Of a DNA stretch of 64,000 bases, positions 49,384-59,802 are shown one piece after another. The DNA is taken from assembly GCA_032161105.1 (NCBI GenBank), contig JAVHTD010000001.1; one strand, written 5' to 3'. The notes beneath the pieces were generated by a model. That model was given only the letters and a program-made list of their open reading frames with translations, ran no database searches and was not told the origin of the DNA. Source of the stretch: Candidatus Thermosaccharophagus tengchongensis. Its GTDB lineage: Bacteria > Armatimonadota > Fervidibacteria > Fervidibacterales > Thermosaccharophagaceae. Position 1 is the stretch's first letter; each line of letters starts with the position of its first letter. A program made the translations under genes and the position numbers.

Positions 49384-50298
49384 ATGAAACGAAAGCGCTG
49401 GATGATTAATTGTTGGCTTTGGGCAATGCTTTTACCGTTGCTCACATCGCTGTGTGGCTGCGGCAAGCACCGCATTTTAGCGCTCCCTTCGGTTAAGGTG
49501 GCGCTTGAGCCTGAATACCCATTGCACATAATGGCGGCTCGCTACAACGAATTGATGACCTATTTGGGAAAAGCGACCGGCAGGCGCGTTGAGTGGATTT
49601 CGGCGATGAGCAGCGAGAGCATGGTAGCCACCATTGAGAGCAGGAAGCCAGACATTGCCCTCGTTGACCCTTTGCATTATGTCATCCTGAGAAAGACATG
49701 CGGAGCAATACCATTGTTGAAGGTGCTTTTGCGACCGCCGAGCACCACAGGTGGCGAAGAAATCAGCACTCACACTCGCGGGTTAATCATAGCTCATGCT
49801 GATGGTGGTGCTCCGTCTTTGTATGAGTTGGGGAGGAGCATCGTCGTTGTTCCATCAAGGCAGTTGCTTTTTGGGTTTGTGGCTCAGATCAAAGTGTGCA
49901 AGGACGCCGGGGTTGACTGGCATTCGGCTCGCTTCTTGGTTGAGAGGCGTGAGGACAGAGTTGTTGCGGCAGTTGCATCGGGCAGGGCAAAATTTGGGTT
50001 CATCAGGGAAGGCACTCTTGAACTTCTGTCCGATTCAATTGACCTGAGCAAAGTGGTTCAAGTGGCGAAGACCAAACCATATCCAAACCCATGCTTCATT
50101 TGCCTCCCAGAGGTGCTACAGAGGCGAAGGAAAATCGTGATGGAACTCAAAGAGGCATTGCTCAAGCTCAATGAGCCATCACCCGAAAATAAGCGTGTGT
50201 TGGACTTGGCTGGATGGGTTGGGATCACGGATCAAGTTAGTGACAACGAATATAACTCGGTCAGGCAACTCATAAGCGAGCTCAATTTGCCGTATTGA
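49384..50298 (+). CDS. PhnD/SsuA-family substrate-binding lipoprotein
   Basis: Lipobox LCGC; L..YL...TGR.V, V..AV.SG.A..G pattern. Confidence 0.7.
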   Translation: MKRKRWMINCWLWAMLLPLLTSLCGCGKHRILALPSVKVALEPEYPLHIMAARYNELMTYLGKATGRRVEWISAMSSESMVATIESRKPDIALVDPLHYVILRKTCGAIPLLKVLLRPPSTTGGEEISTHTRGLIIAHADGGAPSLYELGRSIVVVPSRQLLFGFVAQIKVCKDAGVDWHSARFLVERREDRVVAAVASGRAKFGFIREGTLELLSDSIDLSKVVQVAKTKPYPNPCFICLPEVLQRRRKIVMELKEALLKLNEPSPENKRVLDLAGWVGITDQVSDNEYNSVRQLISELNLPY

Positions 50299-50555
50299 TG
50301 ATGCTGTGCAAAGCACGGATGATGTCCCGCAGGAGCGAAGTTATCTCCACGACTTTCGGTGATGTAATAGCGTCTCTAACATGCATAACCTTGGGGGCTT
50401 TAAAGCGGTATCAAAAAGCTCCATCGCTAAGGTGAGGCTGCAGCATACTCGTTCAAGTTTCATCGGCGCATATTTTCGCCGTCAGGACGGCTGCGCAATT
50501 GTGCTCGCTCTGTAAGGCAAACCAAATTTACCTTGCGTCTTCTTCGGGGTGGAAA

Positions 50556-51419
50556 ATGATGAGGTCACTCGGCAGGCTTGTGAGAGGGCAGCCTGCAAGG
50601 GGGTTATTAAAAGTTGTCTCCCCGGAAACATGCGGTCTGAACTGGCTTGAGTTTAATTTGCTCCGTTTGGGCAATGGAGAGAGCTATGCTGATGAGGCGC
50701 TTTTCAAGCCCACTGCTGGCGAAGCCCTACCAGCTGAGCTTGTCATCGTTGTGCTCTCGGGCGCTTGCTCGCTTTATGCGGGCAATGCTTCGTGGGAGGG
50801 GCTTCAGTGCAGGCGTGATGTGTTCAGCGGTAAAGCGACGGCGCTTTATGTCCCACCAAGTATGCATTATCGCATTGTGGCGAGGGGTGAGTTGGAAGCT
50901 GCCATAGTGAAAGCAATTGTTTCAGATGAGGACGGCGTTAACGAACCAGTGCTCATCACACCAGATAAGGTGAAGCGGCGTTTAGTGGGCTTCCTAAACT
51001 GGCGCCGTGAGATTGACGACATCGTTGACGGCTCTTTTCCCGCAAGGCGACTGCTCGTTGGTGAGACGCGCAACCCGCCCGGGAATTGGTCAAGCTATCC
51101 GCCGCATAAACACGACCGACACAATCCGCCATATGAAGTGAAGCTTGAGGAAGTCTACCATTACCGCATATCGCCACCACATGGCTTTGCAGTCCAACTG
51201 CTTTACGATGAGGAGCATTGTGAGTCGTATGTTATCCACAATGGTGATACGCTCGCCATATCCAAAGGTTACCATCCAGTCGTTGTGGCGCCCGGATATC
51301 AGCTCTATTACCTTTGGGCACTCGCCGGTGACGATAGGCAAATGCAGGTCAAGTTTGAAGAGGCTCACGCATGGGTGCTCGCTATGGAAGCCGTTATAGC
51401 ATCTGCGCAGCCTGAATGA
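50556..51419 (+). CDS. iolB: 5-deoxy-glucuronate isomerase
   Basis: RRDVF, GNWSSYPPHKHD, LEEVYHY, GYHPVV, YYLWAL. Confidence 0.92.
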   Translation: MMRSLGRLVRGQPARGLLKVVSPETCGLNWLEFNLLRLGNGESYADEALFKPTAGEALPAELVIVVLSGACSLYAGNASWEGLQCRRDVFSGKATALYVPPSMHYRIVARGELEAAIVKAIVSDEDGVNEPVLITPDKVKRRLVGFLNWRREIDDIVDGSFPARRLLVGETRNPPGNWSSYPPHKHDRHNPPYEVKLEEVYHYRISPPHGFAVQLLYDEEHCESYVIHNGDTLAISKGYHPVVVAPGYQLYYLWALAGDDRQMQVKFEEAHAWVLAMEAVIASAQPE

Positions 51420-51496
51420 CCAGTTTGAGTTGTTGATTGAACCAAGGTGATTTTTCGGTGCAGCTGTGATGCCAGCTATCCAATGGGTCTTCAAAA

Positions 51497-51561
51497 GTGG
51501 GGCATTTTCACCCTTTCTGCCCCACAGGAGTCCTCACCCCGGCAAGCTTCGCTTATGGGGT
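51497..51561. terminator. Two GC-rich hairpins between the convergent iolB and pfkA genes (possible terminator/stabiliser)
   Basis: GTGGGGCA/TGCCCCAC (51497-51525) and ACCCC..AAGC/GCTT..GGGGT (51536-51561). Confidence 0.35.
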
Positions 51562-51605
51562 CGCAACCCAGGTTGATACTTTGCCATCTTCGCAATAGGG
51601 AATCC

Positions 51606-52616
51606 TCATGTGGCGAGGAGTTGTGCGAGTGCGATGAGCGATTTGTCAAGCGGCTTTTTCTTTGAGTAGGTTTCCTCAAGCGGTGTCAGGACGATTTGTC
51701 CGTTCACTTCGCCGACCATTTTGTCAGTCTCACCGGCAAGGAGCGCCTCAACGGCAGCAGCACCGAGCTTGCTTGCCAGAACTCTATCCCTTGCTGTTGG
51801 CTTGCCGCCGCGCTGTATATGCCCGAGGACAGTCACCCTTGAATCAAGTCCCGTCCTGTCTTTGATGAGTTGAGCCAATTGAAATGCGCCGCCAGCTTCA
51901 TCACCTTCAGCCACCACCATGATGCAACTTGTCTTCCCCATGTTGTGCCAATGAAGCAATTGCATTGAGAGCTCTTCTATGTCCGTCCTCACCTCTGGGA
52001 TCAGTATCGCCTCAGCGCCACCGGCAACGCCGACATCCACAGCGATGAATCCGGAAAGCCTCCCCATGACCTCAACCCAGAATATGCGCCCGTGAGCTAT
52101 AGCTGTGTCCCTTATCCGGTCAATGGCATCAAGTGCTGTATTAATTGCGGTGTCAAATCCGATCGTGTAATCGGTGCCATAAAGGTCATTGTCTATCGTT
52201 GCGGGAACTCCTATGGTGGGTATGCCCGATTCAATGTAAAGCTTGTGCGCACCCTTGAATGTGCCCTCACCACCGATTGCAACTAAGCCATCAATGCCAG
52301 CTTCACGCAACTTTTGAATTGCCTTGCGCCTGCCGGACTTGTAATGAAACTCCTTGCACCGAGATGTCTTGAGGATTGTGCCGCCAGTCTGAATGATGTT
52401 TGATACTGACCTTCTATCCATCTGGATAAAGTCCCCTTCAATCATGCCCTCGTAACCGCGCATGATCCCAATCACTTCAACGCCGTGAAACAGTGCGGTG
52501 CGCACAACCGCCCTTATGCAGGCGTTCATTCCGGGTGCATCACCGCCGCTTGTGAAGACGCCAATGCGCCTTATCTCAGCTCTTTTATCACCGCCGATGT
52601 AGAGCCACCCCTTCAT
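51606..52616 (-). CDS. pfkA: ATP-dependent 6-phosphofructokinase
   Basis: TSGGDAPGMN, GGEGT, PATIDND, EVMGR, LGHIQRGG; Gly in GGEG and no Lys in PATIDND fit the ATP type. Confidence 0.95.
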   Translation of the reverse strand: MKGWLYIGGDKRAEIRRIGVFTSGGDAPGMNACIRAVVRTALFHGVEVIGIMRGYEGMIEGDFIQMDRRSVSNIIQTGGTILKTSRCKEFHYKSGRRKAIQKLREAGIDGLVAIGGEGTFKGAHKLYIESGIPTIGVPATIDNDLYGTDYTIGFDTAINTALDAIDRIRDTAIAHGRIFWVEVMGRLSGFIAVDVGVAGGAEAILIPEVRTDIEELSMQLLHWHNMGKTSCIMVVAEGDEAGGAFQLAQLIKDRTGLDSRVTVLGHIQRGGKPTARDRVLASKLGAAAVEALLAGETDKMVGEVNGQIVLTPLEETYSKKKPLDKSLIALAQLLAT

Positions 52617-52638
52617 GAGCGATCACCTCGGCAAATGC

Positions 52639-54174
52639 TCATTCGCTGTCTCGCTTAAACTCGCAACGATAGATGCTGACGCCGCGCAACTTCAGCACAA
52701 GCTCAATGATTGCGCATTTGTGCAGCCTCGCAATTGCTTCATCACTGCGCCATTCAACCCAAGGTCTCCAGTCAGTCGTCTCAACGAGCCAAAACTTATC
52801 GGTCAGCTCGTTGAGTTCCCCAACGCCGCTCAGGCTTGCACTCGGCTCAATCAGCAGGACGAAGTTGGTTGCCGCCGTTGCACTTTCCTTCGTCAACCCG
52901 AAAACCTTATGCCCAGCCGTTGAACCCATGTAGTAGGCAATGGGAGCGAATGAAAGGACAGAGGTGTGCACAACTGGTTCGTTATAGCGGTGCTCAATCA
53001 GGTAGCCGGCTGCTACTTTCCATTGCGCTTCGGCATATGCATCATCGGTGAAGTAAAACCAAAGCGAAGCTATGTTGAGCATCACGGTGAGGGATAAGAG
53101 GGCGATGGTTATCCTTCGCCTGTGGCTCGCTATCGCCTGCGAGATGAGAAGGCAATATGATGGCGCAAGTGGCAATAGCGCCCTCGGATGCCATATGGGA
53201 AGGAAGGAGGCTATTACTGCCCATGTTGCGATGCCGATGAGAAACACCCACCAAACAAATCCCTCCATTTGCCTCGCGACATTGACCCACGCACCGCGAA
53301 AGAGCAGATACGAAAACAAGAGTGCTCCCGCAACAACGACTGTGCGCGCGTGGATAACGGCATGGTGCACAGACGGCGCAAAGAGGCTGAAGTCGTGGAG
53401 CATATCAAGGATGCCAATCGGGCTCACCTTTGACATGTGGAAGCCATGCGCGATTGACGACGCACGCTGGAGCATGAATTTTGCCCATGGCAACACCATC
53501 AAAACGATGAGCAGGTTTGCAACCAGCCACTGCACGAGCAGGCGCCTCGTATGGCGCAGGTAAAGCGCGCAAGTGATGGCAATGGCAAACAATGGTGGCA
53601 GCGCAATGTAGTGCGTGTAGAGGGCGAGCAACGATGCGATGCAATATGTTGTGATGAGCCAATGCGCCAAACCGAACTTGAGATTGCGTTCACTCGCTCC
53701 AGCATCATTCTGCTCGCTGCCTTTTCCCGCACCGTAATGTTGAATGAGGCGCCATGCAGCAAGCAAAGCCAAGGTCACAAAAGCCGTGCAGGGCATGTAG
53801 CTCCAAACCTTTTGGCTGAATGAGACGAAATAGCAATTTGTGGCTGTGATTAAGCCGGCAATCAATGCGAGCCGAGGACCGCCAACGCCCATCCCAATTT
53901 CAAATGTCATCGCAACAAGTGCCACACCGATGGCGACTGAGAGCAGCCTCGCCCAAACATAGCCATCAGCACAGTTCCATAGCTTCTGGATGATGAACCA
54001 AAGCGGTCCGTAGTTTTCGTGCGGCAGTATTTGGAGCAGCCTTTCCCAACTCATCTTGCTGTAGAGCATGACGACGGCTTCATCGCAGTAAAGGTCCCTT
54101 TGAGAGAGCCCGATTAAGCGCACAATGAGCGCGCCAACCAAAATGAGCAGCATGGAATTGTAGCGGTTGAGCAT
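52639..54174 (-). CDS. GT-C glycosyltransferase (family 39/ArnT-like)
   Basis: N-terminal TM then DE motif (LYCDEA), PLWF, RLLS, LYTHY; multiple TMs. Confidence 0.8.
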   Translation of the reverse strand: MLNRYNSMLLILVGALIVRLIGLSQRDLYCDEAVVMLYSKMSWERLLQILPHENYGPLWFIIQKLWNCADGYVWARLLSVAIGVALVAMTFEIGMGVGGPRLALIAGLITATNCYFVSFSQKVWSYMPCTAFVTLALLAAWRLIQHYGAGKGSEQNDAGASERNLKFGLAHWLITTYCIASLLALYTHYIALPPLFAIAITCALYLRHTRRLLVQWLVANLLIVLMVLPWAKFMLQRASSIAHGFHMSKVSPIGILDMLHDFSLFAPSVHHAVIHARTVVVAGALLFSYLLFRGAWVNVARQMEGFVWWVFLIGIATWAVIASFLPIWHPRALLPLAPSYCLLISQAIASHRRRITIALLSLTVMLNIASLWFYFTDDAYAEAQWKVAAGYLIEHRYNEPVVHTSVLSFAPIAYYMGSTAGHKVFGLTKESATAATNFVLLIEPSASLSGVGELNELTDKFWLVETTDWRPWVEWRSDEAIARLHKCAIIELVLKLRGVSIYRCEFKRDSE

Positions 54175-54328
54175 TTCCTCTCCACCTTCAGTGCTATGTT
54201 GGCATGCGCTTCAATGCGAAGCCGGCGTTGAAGGGCACATTGCGCATAGCCATCGTCATGCCAATATGTTAAACTGATTTGCGATAAATGTCCGCTCCAC
54301 AAAATGCGCTCGTTGAGGTGAAAAGCCG

Positions 54329-55018
54329 TTGAGTGATATCGTTGCAGCCGTGCAGAGGATAATCCTCGCAGCGCCGGCCTTTATTACGGGGATTGTTTTG
54401 CATGAGTGTGCGCATGCATGGGTTGCATGGAAACTCGGTGATCCAACTGCTGTAGTTGAGGGGCGCTTGACGCTTGACCCGAGGGCGCATTTTGATCCCG
54501 TTGGCACCCTGATGTTTGTGATCAGCATGATTGCTGGAGTCGGGTTTGGCTGGGCAAAGCCAGTTCCAGTGAACTATTGGCGTTTCCGAAACCCATTGAG
54601 GGACATGGCGATAGTTGCAGTTGCCGGTCCAATGACAAATTTTTTGCTTGCACTCGTTTGGTATCTGTTGCTCGCCATCATGATACTGCTATTCGCATTC
54701 CTTAAGCCGCTCACCGGCATTCCGGTAGTTGGAATGGTGTTTGGTATGCTCATGCGAGTCTTGATTGCGATCGCCGTTAATGGCGTCATCATCAACTTCG
54801 CTCTGACGGCTTTCAACCTGATTCCGATACCGCCGCTTGATGGCGGCAGGATCGCAGTTGCGCTCCTGCCATCGGAGCTCGGCTACCAGCTTGCTCGCTT
54901 TGAGCCATTTGGCTTTGTAGTCCTAATTTTGCTTCTCTGGCTCGGAGCATTCAAAATCATGTTCACACCATTCATGGCGCTCATTAACTTGATGTTCCAA
55001 CCTTTGCCCATTTATTGA
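54329..55018 (+). CDS. Site-2 protease (peptidase M50)
   Basis: HECAH, GWAKPVPV, AGP, FNLIPIPPLDG. Confidence 0.93.
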   Translation: MSDIVAAVQRIILAAPAFITGIVLHECAHAWVAWKLGDPTAVVEGRLTLDPRAHFDPVGTLMFVISMIAGVGFGWAKPVPVNYWRFRNPLRDMAIVAVAGPMTNFLLALVWYLLLAIMILLFAFLKPLTGIPVVGMVFGMLMRVLIAIAVNGVIINFALTAFNLIPIPPLDGGRIAVALLPSELGYQLARFEPFGFVVLILLLWLGAFKIMFTPFMALINLMFQPLPIY

Positions 55019-55068
55019 GCTATCACGCAACAGCAATATTGCAATCTCCGGCTAAGGGAGTGTGAGCC

Positions 55069-56067
55069 ATGTCGCAGGGCAAAGTCAAACGCGGTCGCAT
55101 ACTGAGCGGGATGCGCCCGACGGGGAAGCTTCATCTTGGCAACCTTGAAGGCGCCCTAAAGCAGTGGGTTGAGCTTCAGGATGAATATGAGTGCTTCTTT
55201 GAGATTGCCGATTGGCATGCATTGACGACAGCATGGCAGGATACAAGCGAGCTGCGCCAGTTCATAAGAGACCTTGCGATTGATTGGTTGAGTGCCGGCA
55301 TTGATCCGAAGCGCAGCGTCATTTTTGTTCAATCGCTTGTCCCAGAGCATGCCGAGTTGCATTTGCTCTTTTCAATGTTTGTGCCCGTGCCTTGGCTTGA
55401 GCGCAACCCGACTTACAAGGATTGGATTGACGAACTCGGACCGTCGGCAGCCACATACGGATTGCTTGGCTATCCGGTGCTCCAAGCTGCCGACATACTC
55501 ATTTACAAGGCTGACACTGTGCCGGTTGGGAAGGACCAACTACCCCACCTTGAGCTCACAAGGGAAATTGCGAGGCGCTTCAATCACCTCTATGGCGAGA
55601 TATTCCCGGAGCCACAGGCAAAGCTGACGGAGTTTGCGCTTGTCCCCGGGATTGACGGGCGCAAGATGAGCAAGACTTACAACAACCACATACTCATGTC
55701 GGAGCCGCCGGAGGAAGTTGAGCGCAAGATAAGGCGCATGTTCACCGACCCGGAAAAGATACGCATGGGAGATGCCGGTCACCCTGATAGGTGCCCGGTG
55801 TTTGCGCTTCACAGGATTTACAACGCTCAAGAGACGGAATGGATTGATTCGGAGTGCCGTTCGGGGAAGCTTGGGTGCGTCCCATGCAAAGAGAAGTTGG
55901 CAAAGAGGGTGAACGAGGAACTTGAGGTGTATCGTGAAAGGCGCTCATATTGGGAGGGGCACATTTCCGAACTTGATGAGTTGCTCTATGAAGGAAGCAT
56001 GCGCTCAAGGGAAGTTGCTAAGCGCACATTGGAAGAAGTTCGGCAAGCGATGAAGCTCTGGCAATGA
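55069..56067 (+). CDS. trpS: Tryptophanyl-tRNA synthetase
   Basis: SGMRPTGKLHLGN, YPVLQAADIL, VPVGKDQ, KMSKT. Confidence 0.97.
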   Translation: MSQGKVKRGRILSGMRPTGKLHLGNLEGALKQWVELQDEYECFFEIADWHALTTAWQDTSELRQFIRDLAIDWLSAGIDPKRSVIFVQSLVPEHAELHLLFSMFVPVPWLERNPTYKDWIDELGPSAATYGLLGYPVLQAADILIYKADTVPVGKDQLPHLELTREIARRFNHLYGEIFPEPQAKLTEFALVPGIDGRKMSKTYNNHILMSEPPEEVERKIRRMFTDPEKIRMGDAGHPDRCPVFALHRIYNAQETEWIDSECRSGKLGCVPCKEKLAKRVNEELEVYRERRSYWEGHISELDELLYEGSMRSREVAKRTLEEVRQAMKLWQ

Positions 56068-56128
56068 GGCAGATGGTGCAAGTGCACGAGATGCAGCAAC
56101 AAACTCAATCACCAACGCAGCGGAAGAG

Positions 56129-56986
56129 GTGGCAAAGGTGAGAGAAGGTGATGGAGGAATTGTTAGCCATGCGGAAGCCGTAGCGGAGAAACCCGAACGG
56201 AGGCTAATATTTACAGCACCATATGAGCCATACAGCTTCAACGGATACCATGTGCGCATAAGCATATTTGAGGGACCGCTTGAGCTTTTACTTTACCTCG
56301 TCAGGCGAAACGAAGCAGATGTGCGCGAGATACCGCTCGCCGAAATTACGAGTCAGTTCCTTGAGCACCTGCAACTCATGCGTGAAGTCAACATAGCCAT
56401 CACATCGGAGTTCATCCTCACGGCAGCCACATTGCTTTACCTAAAGTCAGCATTGCTCCTTCCGCAGCCGGAAATCGGTGAGGAGATTGAGGGCGACGAT
56501 GGTCCACAAAAGCTTTCCGAAGAGGAAATTAAAGCAATGCTCACGAGAAGGCTGGCTGAGTATTCTGGCTATCGTGAGGCAGCTGAGTATTTGCAGGAGC
56601 GATTTGAAAGGCGTGCGCTCATGTTCACACGCTTCAACGATGAGGGCGGTCAAGTTGGTCAACCGGAAGTTGTTGAGCTTGGGAGCGTATCCGTGTTTGA
56701 CCTAATTTGGGCATTGCGCGAGGCGCTGAATCGCCTTCCCGATGGCTCAAGGTTGCGCATTAAGCGTCGCAAGGTCACGGTCGCAATGCGCATAAAGGCG
56801 ATACTTTCAAAGCTGCGCTCAAAGCCATCCGGATGCGCCTTCTGGGAATTATGCGATGACTGCCAAACGAAGCTTGAGGTCATTGTGACATTCATAGCAT
56901 TGCTTGAACTCATCAGGCAAAGGCTCGTCACGGCTGAGCAGGAGAAACCGTTTGCGCCGATCGTTGTCCACCTCGCCCCAACATGA
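56129..56986 (+). CDS. scpA: Segregation and condensation protein A
   Basis: FEGPLELLLYL, KS..LLP, VTFIALLELI; followed by scpB. Confidence 0.93.
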   Translation: MAKVREGDGGIVSHAEAVAEKPERRLIFTAPYEPYSFNGYHVRISIFEGPLELLLYLVRRNEADVREIPLAEITSQFLEHLQLMREVNIAITSEFILTAATLLYLKSALLLPQPEIGEEIEGDDGPQKLSEEEIKAMLTRRLAEYSGYREAAEYLQERFERRALMFTRFNDEGGQVGQPEVVELGSVSVFDLIWALREALNRLPDGSRLRIKRRKVTVAMRIKAILSKLRSKPSGCAFWELCDDCQTKLEVIVTFIALLELIRQRLVTAEQEKPFAPIVVHLAPT

Positions 56987-57019
56987 GTTGCTTGAGTAGA
57001 TGCTGCTTAGTTTCACGGG

Positions 57020-57685
57020 TTGAGCTCTGCCAAGCATTGTGTTTGCGAGGTGGCTAATGTGCTCAATGAGGGTGAAATGGAACAAGCAAACGATGCCGTA
57101 TGCTCGCAAGAAGCCAAAGCAGCCGAGCCTGATGAGCGACAATTGAAGCGCGCTATTGAATGTCTCCTCTTCGTCTCCGATAAGCCTTTAAGCTTGAACG
57201 AACTCAAGGGAGTGCTTGAGGTCAACAGTGAGCTCATCCAACGCTTAATTGGCGAACTCATGAGAGAGTATGATGAGCGAAGTGGCTTAGCCATAGTTGA
57301 GGTTGCCGGTGGCTATCAAATGGTCACCCGCCCCGAGTGCGCATTCTATGTCTCAAGGCTTCGTCAGCCACGCCGCATAAAGCTCTCAAGGGCATCACTT
57401 GAGACGCTCGCCATAATCGCATACAGACAGCCGATCACGCACCCGGAGATTGAGCAGATAAGAGGCGTTGACTCCTCCGGGTGCATAGCGAGGTTGCTTG
57501 AGTTGGGTCTGATCAAAGTGGTCGGTAGGAGGGAATCACCCGGACGACCATACCTTTATGCGACGACCGAGCGCTTCCTTGATGTCTTTGGACTTAAGGA
57601 CCTTTCGGAGTTGCCCCCAATTGAGCAGTGGCAAAGCAAGGTTGCAGAGGCGGAAATTGAAGTGAGCGAGACGAAGGGTTCGTGA
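57020..57685 (+). CDS. scpB: Segregation and condensation protein B
   Basis: IECLLF, VAGGYQ, LSRASLETLAIIAYRQPIT, IRGV, GRP.LY.TT..FL..FGL; true start may be the downstream ATG. Confidence 0.95.
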   Translation: MSSAKHCVCEVANVLNEGEMEQANDAVCSQEAKAAEPDERQLKRAIECLLFVSDKPLSLNELKGVLEVNSELIQRLIGELMREYDERSGLAIVEVAGGYQMVTRPECAFYVSRLRQPRRIKLSRASLETLAIIAYRQPITHPEIEQIRGVDSSGCIARLLELGLIKVVGRRESPGRPYLYATTERFLDVFGLKDLSELPPIEQWQSKVAEAEIEVSETKGS

Positions 57686-57795
57686 TGGCAGTATGGTAAG
57701 GCGTGGTTTGGAATCTCTGGAGGGAGCCCTTTGCCTTTGGATTCGGAGTAAGCCACAACAACCCGTGTTAAAAGCCGGCAAAGCAAATTGCCGTA

Positions 57796-59796
57796 ATGGG
57801 GGCGGGCGATGAGCGCATGCACCAAGATGACATTCAAAAGCGCCGTATGAGTTTGCTCGCCTTCACTTGCTCGTGGTTTGTCCCGCTCATTGTTTATCTG
57901 TGGACGCTTTCACCGACGGTCTCATTTGGTGGCGATTGCGGCGACTTTATAACCGGCAGTGCCCTCATGGCGCTCGTTCATCCAAGCGGTTATCCGCTTC
58001 ATCTCCTTCTCGCAAAGCTGCTCACAATCGTGCTCCCAATCGGGGACATCTCATTCAGGGTGAATTTGCTCTCAGCGTTATTCGGCGCAGCTGCGTGCGC
58101 AGTAGCATATGGGATTGTTGTCTCTTTGACGAGGTCCACTCTTGTGGCACTCATCACGGCGCTGTCGCTCGGCTTTTCGTATGTGTTTTGGTCACAGGCA
58201 GTCATCGCGGAAGTTTACACCGGCTCCGTTTTCTTTACACTGCTGCCTTTGCTGTTGCTCATCAAGCTGCACAGGACCAAAGATAGGCGCTACCTCTACG
58301 GCTTGGGGTTGGCTTTGGGTTGTGGCGCATGCCATCACCTTTCAACGCTCATGCTTGCTCCGGCATTGGCGGCGTCAGTTTTAATGCTCGCCATTAAGTT
58401 GAGGATGCGCATCGCCGATCTATTGGTGGCTCTCATTTTTCTCATCCTGCCATTGAGCCTTTACGCCTACATACCATTGCGTGCGAATAGGGCAACGATA
58501 CATCGCTACTGGCAAAACGAGCACGGCTTCCCGCATCCGGGAAAATCGCTCAGCGGATTCAAATTTTATGTCACGGGTCAGATGTATCGCACAAAGATGA
58601 TGGCAATACCATTTCGCCGCCTTCCAGAGAGGCTATCTCTCTGGGCGAATGTCGGCTTTGCGCAGATGTGGCTTATATTTGCCCTCGCCATATCAGGATG
58701 GGTGGCTTTGCCATTTCTCTCGTTCCCATCTTTCGTCTCGTTTGCCATTGGGTTGCTCATCCAACTCCTCTTTTATCTGCGTTACGATGTTCCCGACATC
58801 GTTTACTTCTACCTGCCCTCATGGGCGATCTGGGGATGCGTTGGCGGGATAGGCGCCGGATGCATTTGGGATGCCGTAGCTGGAATGCGCCACCGCTACG
58901 GGCGCGTTTTGCTCTCCATCTATGCAGCGCTTCTCATTGGCACTGGGCTCTCACAAGCTGTGATTGCCTACCCGATGGCATCAATGCGCGGCAACAGGAT
59001 CGCAAGGGAGATGGCTGAGGACATACTCAAAAATCTCCCAACAAATGCCAAGCTGCTTGTCATGAGCGACGACCTGCTCTTCGCCATCTGGGTGGTGCAG
59101 AGGGTTGAGGGGATGCGCACGGATGTTGAGGTGCTCGGTTACCCGAACGATGAACGCTGGGCTGATTTGATGGCTTGGGATAAGGTGAGGAGGTTCATCA
59201 ACGATGGGCTTGTGCATATCACTTTCGTCTCACCGAGCTCAAGGAGATGGTCATTGCATCCGTCCGGATGGGTGGCAAAGCTGTCACATGAACCGCCGGC
59301 TAATGTGATTGGTTGGATGCCGAGCGAAGCCGGCTTTGGCAGTTTGCTCAGCACCAACTATGTTCGGTTGGTTGAGGCGAGAGTCCATCGCAGGCAAACC
59401 CATCCGGAGATGATGATAGCGCTCACATGCAAGTGGCATGTGCTTGATGCAGCATTGCTAAACTATGCCAAAGTCGTTTGGCTCGTGAGGATGAAAGGCG
59501 CTGATATATCTCATCCAAAGGTGAAAGATGTTGGTGGCAATGAGCGTCCATTTTGGTATGCGGAGGCTCATCCGATAGTGCCGAGGGGCTTCAAAGTGAG
59601 CAATGGATGCGTGATTGCCGTTGACTATTGCCTGCCGGTTGACTTTGACTTCCTTCCCGGCAGTTACGAAGTGCTTGCAGCTGCTGTTCTAAACAGTGAG
59701 CTTGCCGGGCTGCACTTAAGTAACGGTTCCGAACTGAAGCGCCGCCTCTGGAACAAATTCAGAGTTGTGGGTGAGTGTGAGATTGTGTTCAGGTGA
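57796..59796 (+). CDS. DUF2723 (TMEM260-like) membrane glycosyltransferase-like protein
   Basis: TLSPTV..GD.GDF, HPSGYPL, RVNLLSA, FWSQAVIAEVY. Confidence 0.85.
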   Translation: MGAGDERMHQDDIQKRRMSLLAFTCSWFVPLIVYLWTLSPTVSFGGDCGDFITGSALMALVHPSGYPLHLLLAKLLTIVLPIGDISFRVNLLSALFGAAACAVAYGIVVSLTRSTLVALITALSLGFSYVFWSQAVIAEVYTGSVFFTLLPLLLLIKLHRTKDRRYLYGLGLALGCGACHHLSTLMLAPALAASVLMLAIKLRMRIADLLVALIFLILPLSLYAYIPLRANRATIHRYWQNEHGFPHPGKSLSGFKFYVTGQMYRTKMMAIPFRRLPERLSLWANVGFAQMWLIFALAISGWVALPFLSFPSFVSFAIGLLIQLLFYLRYDVPDIVYFYLPSWAIWGCVGGIGAGCIWDAVAGMRHRYGRVLLSIYAALLIGTGLSQAVIAYPMASMRGNRIAREMAEDILKNLPTNAKLLVMSDDLLFAIWVVQRVEGMRTDVEVLGYPNDERWADLMAWDKVRRFINDGLVHITFVSPSSRRWSLHPSGWVAKLSHEPPANVIGWMPSEAGFGSLLSTNYVRLVEARVHRRQTHPEMMIALTCKWHVLDAALLNYAKVVWLVRMKGADISHPKVKDVGGNERPFWYAEAHPIVPRGFKVSNGCVIAVDYCLPVDFDFLPGSYEVLAAAVLNSELAGLHLSNGSELKRRLWNKFRVVGECEIVFR

Positions 59797-59802
59797 AGAA
59801 TC

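Noticed and set aside
50299..50555. 257-nt intergenic region as an RNA gene or gene remnant
   Set aside because: No convincing structure or protein similarity seen on either strand.
57700..57770. Imperfect long hairpin after scpB as a possible ncRNA
   Set aside because: No tRNA, SRP or riboswitch signature is recognisable; it may be chance pairing or a weak terminator.
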